From assembly GCA_963674785.1 (NCBI GenBank), contig OY771555.1, positions 384,001-448,000 on the forward strand: a stretch of 64,000 nucleotides of DNA, in the 5' to 3' direction. This DNA comes from Caldisericia bacterium. GTDB taxonomy: Bacteria; Caldisericota; Caldisericia; JAAYUI01. The notes under the pieces were generated by a model, which searched no databases, was not told the DNA's origin, and saw only the letters and a list, made by a program, of their open reading frames with translations. A program made the translations under genes and the position numbers. Positions within the stretch are counted from its first letter, which is position 1. Each line of letters begins with the position of its first letter. Below, piece by piece: positions 58,693-64,000 of the stretch.

Positions 58693-59165
58693 GGAGTTAA
58701 TTTACCAGATTTTGGGATTAAGTCAAATAGTTTATTAACAATTATTAATAAATCGATAGAATATGCTATCAAATCATGGAATATCCAAGAAATCTTTTTG
58801 TAGTAGATATTCGAAAAAAGTTGCATCAAAACCCAGAATCTTGATTCTATGAAGCATACAAGCAGATTGTAATAAATGTCGTTTTTCAGATATAAGTATC
58901 ATCTATTTTAGAATATATTTATCTTAATTTTATTTTACTAGAATAATTATACGGAGAGATAGAAAATAAATATAGATGAATAAAGGATTTCTGGTGTCCC
59001 ATTCGTTTTGAGGACTCCTAAAACAATTGTCATCATAAAAAATACAGTGGAAAGAACACATCGAGTCAACCTTTTTATGTTGGTTAACGTATTAAAATGT
59101 AGTGCCAAAATCATCAAAGAGGTATAAGTATGCATCACTCAGATGAAAGAAAAGGGAATATATTT

Positions 59166-61163
59166 ATGAACAAAATTAATACAAAAGTCAGCTTTATTGT
59201 GGTCTTATCAATCATAATTCTAGCTTTCTCTCCATCACTTGACGTTAACGGAGACATTGAAACCATTAAGTTTCCTATTCTACCATCTGGTAACAAGACC
59301 ATCTCAGCAAGTGTTTCAAATAAACCATGTGTATTTAGTTTCGGCACCCTTTCACAGTCACTTAACAACAAAAGAACAGGGAATAACTCAAATGAATTCT
59401 TCATTACCAATAAGAATCTTGATATCACTAACACAGTAAATGCAGCTCAGAGGATTGATACTTTTGACACAAATGGAAGCTATTCACAGATCTTCCTAAA
59501 TCCCGAGTATATCAAATACACCGATGAAACAAAAAACCTTGGAATTTCAATTCTTTACGCAAATGGAAAGATAAAAGCTTTAGTTGGCAAAGATGTAAAC
59601 TGCCATCCACAACTTGACCTGATAACATTCACTGATGATGAATTCTTCTTTGTCTACGACACAAATTCTCTTAAAGAAATTGGGAGAATCGAGATTAGTG
59701 AAACATTAGAATCTGATTTTGAGGTTGAGTTTCTTTCCAAGATATTTGCGTTCATCAACAACGATACCGGCAGACATCTTTATGATTTCATAAATCATGA
59801 ATACATCCTCGAAGATTATGAATCAATTTTCAAAACTACATTTGGGGATTCCGATGATTTCATTGTATACCACGATCATCTTGTTGATTTGAACACTCAA
59901 AATATTTATCCACTGGAAATCCCTGAAAAATATCTTAATAACAAAGCAGGGACAACAAAAATACATGATGATTTTATAGATACATACATTGTGAGCTCTG
60001 ATCTTGAAAGCTATATGATTAGATTTGATATGTCAGGTGGCTTTGTAGATGAGTTTCCACTTGAAGCAATAGGTATCGATCAGGCATTGATCATTGATAC
60101 CTCAAAGGAATACATTATTTCATATGTTCCCCATAAAACCATTCCTATGAGAGCAATTGGTCTTAAAGTAACAGATTTACAAGATTATGCGGAATATATA
60201 ATCCCATATTCCATTTACACTTACTGTGAACCAATTGACATTGATGATGAATACATTTACCTCTCTGGAAAAAATGGATTCTTCAAAATCAATCATGAAA
60301 CAAAGGAGGTTTCAGTTAAACACAAACAACTATACACCTCAAAACCAGCAGTCTTCCAGAAAGATGAAAACCTGTTTGTGGTATACCCAGAAAGTGTGAA
60401 GGATGACTCAAAGCTTATCGCCTATCCAATCGATAATGACTTCCAAATTGACCCATCAAAATCTTTCACAGTTGAGAATGATTTTGAGTCTGGTTTTGCA
60501 GCAACCGATGAGCTAGCAGAAAATATCTCTGAAAAATTCGGTAAGTCTTTTTGTCACAAAAACTTTGAAACAGAAACATACCACGGTGGGCACATCATCT
60601 CAGACTCAGGGGAGGTCATTCAAAACGGACTTGGAGCATGGGAATTTCTAAAGGAATGTGATGATTATCTAATCGGTCTATCAAAGGAGTGGAAATTCTT
60701 TGGCACCCTCGGCAACACCCTCTGCAGATTTGAACCATGCCAGACATTCTCTTTAAAAAAGCTAGATTCGCAAACAGATGATGAGGTAAGATTTGAAATC
60801 GTAGCAACAGGAAACGGTGGGATTTTTGATGGAAAGGCCTATTTGGTTCCATGGTCAAATAATAATAGCAGCTCAACACCAAGATTTGCAAAACTTGGAG
60901 AAGCAGTTCCAATCAAGTTGCTTCCTGGCATGAAAGAGATTATTACACTCAATACGCCCGAGGAGAGGAGCTTGATAAATTCGACAAATGAGACTAATGA
61001 AAGTAGATGCTTCGCCCTAATCATTGAATCAAATGGATTGCTCGATATTAAAAACTCTGAGCTATCTGAAATAGATGATAGAGTAAGACCACTTTTTGAT
61101 GGGACACCTATTTCATTTGAGGAACAGAAAGCTGTCTCTTTGACTATGTGGGAGGTTGAGTAG
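59166..61163 (+). CDS. Secreted protein with conserved C-terminal domain (family member 1)
   Basis: Signal peptide from ATG 59166; C-terminal EPC.TFS...FALIIESNG.LD...RPLFDGTP. Confidence 0.8.
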   Translation: MNKINTKVSFIVVLSIIILAFSPSLDVNGDIETIKFPILPSGNKTISASVSNKPCVFSFGTLSQSLNNKRTGNNSNEFFITNKNLDITNTVNAAQRIDTFDTNGSYSQIFLNPEYIKYTDETKNLGISILYANGKIKALVGKDVNCHPQLDLITFTDDEFFFVYDTNSLKEIGRIEISETLESDFEVEFLSKIFAFINNDTGRHLYDFINHEYILEDYESIFKTTFGDSDDFIVYHDHLVDLNTQNIYPLEIPEKYLNNKAGTTKIHDDFIDTYIVSSDLESYMIRFDMSGGFVDEFPLEAIGIDQALIIDTSKEYIISYVPHKTIPMRAIGLKVTDLQDYAEYIIPYSIYTYCEPIDIDDEYIYLSGKNGFFKINHETKEVSVKHKQLYTSKPAVFQKDENLFVVYPESVKDDSKLIAYPIDNDFQIDPSKSFTVENDFESGFAATDELAENISEKFGKSFCHKNFETETYHGGHIISDSGEVIQNGLGAWEFLKECDDYLIGLSKEWKFFGTLGNTLCRFEPCQTFSLKKLDSQTDDEVRFEIVATGNGGIFDGKAYLVPWSNNNSSSTPRFAKLGEAVPIKLLPGMKEIITLNTPEERSLINSTNETNESRCFALIIESNGLLDIKNSELSEIDDRVRPLFDGTPISFEEQKAVSLTMWEVE

Positions 61164-63623
61164 GTGAAGCGATTTGCTTTTTTAAGTTTTATTTTGATCA
61201 TTATTTTATCAGGCAACTCAATTGGAGTATCTGCAAAAAGGCAAGTCAAAGCACCTTTTCTTTACTCTGGCTTTTCATATTCATCTGGAAAATACTTTTT
61301 TTCAGATTCCACTGTTAAAATCGGCAGATGTATCGAAGATGATCTTGTCAATTCCAAAGATAGTCCGCCACTCTCCTACATCTATGATGGAAACTTGAAG
61401 GTTTCAAATTTCGGAAGTTTTATCCTCACCTCAAACCCTGATGATAGATGGAGTGATACATTTCTTACTGGAGATTTCGGTTCAAACACAATCTTTTCTA
61501 GTGATATGAAATATGTGGCTTACATGAAAGACAACGGTTTTGCCAGAGACTATGATTATCTGATGGTCATTGATACAGTAAAAATGGAAATCATCTACAG
61601 CTACAAATCAGAAACCATTTATAGCTACTTGTCTGCTCCGGAATTTATTGATGACATATTGATCTTTGGTGGCGATGAAGAATACCACTTTATCGATCTG
61701 AATACTGGTAGTAAATTTCTGACACTATCTGGAAATGAATATGGTTATCAGGAGTTTGATGACCATTACGGTTACCTCTATCTCAGGGAATCTAGGAAGA
61801 TTATTGATAAGGAAAGCAAAAAGATTCTTGGTGAATTCAACGTTCCTGGAGAACACAGCACACATAAATTCAGAGATGACCACATTGAGGTTCTACACTT
61901 TTATTTTCATCCACACGGAAACTATGGTGCAACTGAGTTGAAAGTGACAAGATGCGATAAATTCTTCAATATCACAGATGAATTCTCATTTACCCCAAGA
62001 GGCAATATAAAAAATAAAACATTATTTGGATCATTCGAAAATCTTGCATTGTGTCTTGATTTTGTCAGCCACACTCTTGAGGTCTATGACATGATTTCGG
62101 GAGATTTGAGATTCACACAACAGTTTCAAAAAAACCAAATTGAGAATGTAGAATTCAGAGGTTCTAAAGCTCTCATCAAGTGGGAAGGTGGACTTGAAGT
62201 TCTAAATCTTGAAACACTTTCAGTGGAAAATCAGTTCACATTCCCAAGAAAGACAGAATTATTGAAACATAAAAACTCAGTTTTTCAGATTAGGGAGTTG
62301 ATTGATGAAGACCTAAAAATGTCAAATGAACTCTTTCAAATAGGGTCTGACAACAAACCAATTTACCACACAAGAACAATCCTTCCCCATGGAGGTGTGT
62401 CCGTGTTCATGAACGATGAAACAGAGGTTGTGACAATTGAGCCAAAAACCAGAATTATCTCAAACAATGGAAAACCTGAAATCTACGGGTACATAGCACG
62501 ATTTCATAAGCTTGGAAGCAGAAACCATTACAAGGAATATCTCATGGGTTATAGCTATACCAAGGATTTTTTCTACAAAGATGGGAATGTTTACACAATT
62601 TCCGAAAGAGGTATTTTTGAATACAACCTAGAAACAGGAAATGACTCAATTATTGATAACTCAGGAGTTGTTAGGGGAGCTGAAAAAGCTGACTGCTCTT
62701 ATAATTACAATAATGAGAACCTGCTTGTTTCTTTCAAATCTTATTCTCATACTTGGACAAGATGTTATGATTTATCTGAAAAATCTAAAATCTTCGAGGA
62801 CGAGAAGTATTCAGAAAATATTCATCTTTTTTGTGGAGCTTTTGTAATTGATAACAAAGTGGTTCCAATAGACACATTAAAAGAATACGAATTCGAAGGA
62901 ACTCCTTGTTTTGTTGATGGAGAAATTTTCATCTATGCAAGTGGAAACACAACATATTTCCTGGATTTGGAAACAGGTGAAAAAACAGATAATGGTGGTG
63001 TTTTTGCTGTGACTCAAGATTTTAGCAAACTTGGAGGTCTTTATCTTTCTGGGCAGACCATCATAGACTCAAAAGGAATCCCAATTCAAAAGCTGAACTT
63101 GTCACAAACTGCAATTTCTGAAAACCAGCTGTTTTATGATAATGAAAGTTATCTTTCATTCTTTAGCACACTTGAGCCTTGCCCGACATTTTCTATTAAA
63201 AGGATTGAAAATTCCGACGATGATAAGATTTCTTTTGAAATCGAGTACACAAGAAATGATGGAATTACCACACCACTTGAAGGGCAAGCCTATCTTATTC
63301 CATGGAAGTATGACCTGATTTTAGCAAGAAACAGCAAAAAAGTTCAGCTGGAACCAATGCTTCCAGGGATGAAACAGAATATATCTTTTGAACCAGCTGA
63401 TTCGAATTCAGCGATCTTTGCCCCATCCCTTTCAAGCGAAACAAACACAGAAGACGAGGGAAATCATTTTGCACTGATTATTGAATCAAATGGAATGCTC
63501 GATGTAGCAAACTCTGAGTTATCTGAAATCGATGACAGGGTAAGACCACTTTTTGATGGGACACCTGTTTCATTTGAGGAGCAGAAGGCAGTTGTTTTGA
63601 CTGTGTGGGAAAATGAGCCCTAA
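61164..63623 (+). CDS. Secreted beta-propeller-like protein with same C-terminal domain (family member 2)
   Basis: GTG start, GGAGG RBS, signal peptide; DLNTG / NLETG / DLETG repeats; C-terminus similar to member 1. Confidence 0.8.
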   Translation: MKRFAFLSFILIIILSGNSIGVSAKRQVKAPFLYSGFSYSSGKYFFSDSTVKIGRCIEDDLVNSKDSPPLSYIYDGNLKVSNFGSFILTSNPDDRWSDTFLTGDFGSNTIFSSDMKYVAYMKDNGFARDYDYLMVIDTVKMEIIYSYKSETIYSYLSAPEFIDDILIFGGDEEYHFIDLNTGSKFLTLSGNEYGYQEFDDHYGYLYLRESRKIIDKESKKILGEFNVPGEHSTHKFRDDHIEVLHFYFHPHGNYGATELKVTRCDKFFNITDEFSFTPRGNIKNKTLFGSFENLALCLDFVSHTLEVYDMISGDLRFTQQFQKNQIENVEFRGSKALIKWEGGLEVLNLETLSVENQFTFPRKTELLKHKNSVFQIRELIDEDLKMSNELFQIGSDNKPIYHTRTILPHGGVSVFMNDETEVVTIEPKTRIISNNGKPEIYGYIARFHKLGSRNHYKEYLMGYSYTKDFFYKDGNVYTISERGIFEYNLETGNDSIIDNSGVVRGAEKADCSYNYNNENLLVSFKSYSHTWTRCYDLSEKSKIFEDEKYSENIHLFCGAFVIDNKVVPIDTLKEYEFEGTPCFVDGEIFIYASGNTTYFLDLETGEKTDNGGVFAVTQDFSKLGGLYLSGQTIIDSKGIPIQKLNLSQTAISENQLFYDNESYLSFFSTLEPCPTFSIKRIENSDDDKISFEIEYTRNDGITTPLEGQAYLIPWKYDLILARNSKKVQLEPMLPGMKQNISFEPADSNSAIFAPSLSSETNTEDEGNHFALIIESNGMLDVANSELSEIDDRVRPLFDGTPVSFEEQKAVVLTVWENEP

Positions 63624-63651
63624 TTTTCAACATGAAGGGGAGTGACTACCA

Positions 63652-64000
63652 ATGAAAAAGATAGTAAGTTTCTGTTTGGCAATTTTTCTGGTTTTTGGTT
63701 TGACAAGCATCTACGCAACTCCAGAACTACCAACCTGGCATAACCCAATGGAGGATGCAAGCTTCATGGGGTATGTTGATGAGGATGTTGCACTTCCAGT
63801 TTTAGCAAATGGTACACTTGAGCTTGGAGGAAGGGTAGAATTCAACTACTTTGATGCTGATAGGTATATAGATGGTACATTTAATGGATTATCATACCTA
63901 AAACCAAATGGTGATTTTACAAAACCATACCTTTCAAATAATTATGATATGTACTTCTTTCCATATCCTGAAATCACTTACTTATACACAGATATTTCGA
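63652..64000 (+). CDS. Secreted protein, truncated by window edge
   Basis: GGGGAG RBS; MKKIVSFCLAIFLVFGLTSIYA signal peptide; open to end of window. Confidence 0.75.
   Translation, partial: MKKIVSFCLAIFLVFGLTSIYATPELPTWHNPMEDASFMGYVDEDVALPVLANGTLELGGRVEFNYFDADRYIDGTFNGLSYLKPNGDFTKPYLSNNYDMYFFPYPEITYLYTDIS

Noticed and set aside
243-63318. Numerous short overlapping or antisense ORFs in the six-frame track (e.g. 844-1722, 4153-4893, 36167-36685)
   Set aside because: They overlap well-supported genes and lack RBSs or recognisable motifs

Overview
AT-rich bacterial chromosome segment, probably from an anaerobe of the Caldisericota/Caldisericia type. This assignment is inferred from the expansion of secreted beta-propeller proteins carrying a copper-amine-oxidase N-terminal ('stalk') domain. 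Housekeeping genes (gpmI, lpdA, rtcB, a cysteine desulfurase) are scattered among arrays of secreted/surface proteins. Four modules stand out: (1) three stand-alone V4R-type proteins plus a Roadblock/LC7 protein, facing an MglA-type small GTPase and two DUF4388 genes (53.3-58.7 kb), the best candidate for an undescribed signalling system; (2) a TetR-controlled tandem triplet of Zn-ribbon/TM/extracellular-domain proteins, one broken by a 10-bp duplication; (3) TetR + methyltransferase + two tandem rifamycin-phosphotransferase/PigC-like enzymes under overlapping divergent promoters; (4) a methyltransferase-flavodoxin-FmdE-FecCD ABC operon. Also seen: a membrane-anchored CHAP domain lacking both catalytic residues, domain shuffling among surface-protein paralogs, and repeated leaderless-gene promoter architecture. 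No rRNA, tRNA, CRISPR array, transposase or integrase was recognised. Family assignments come from motif recognition only; no database searches were run.
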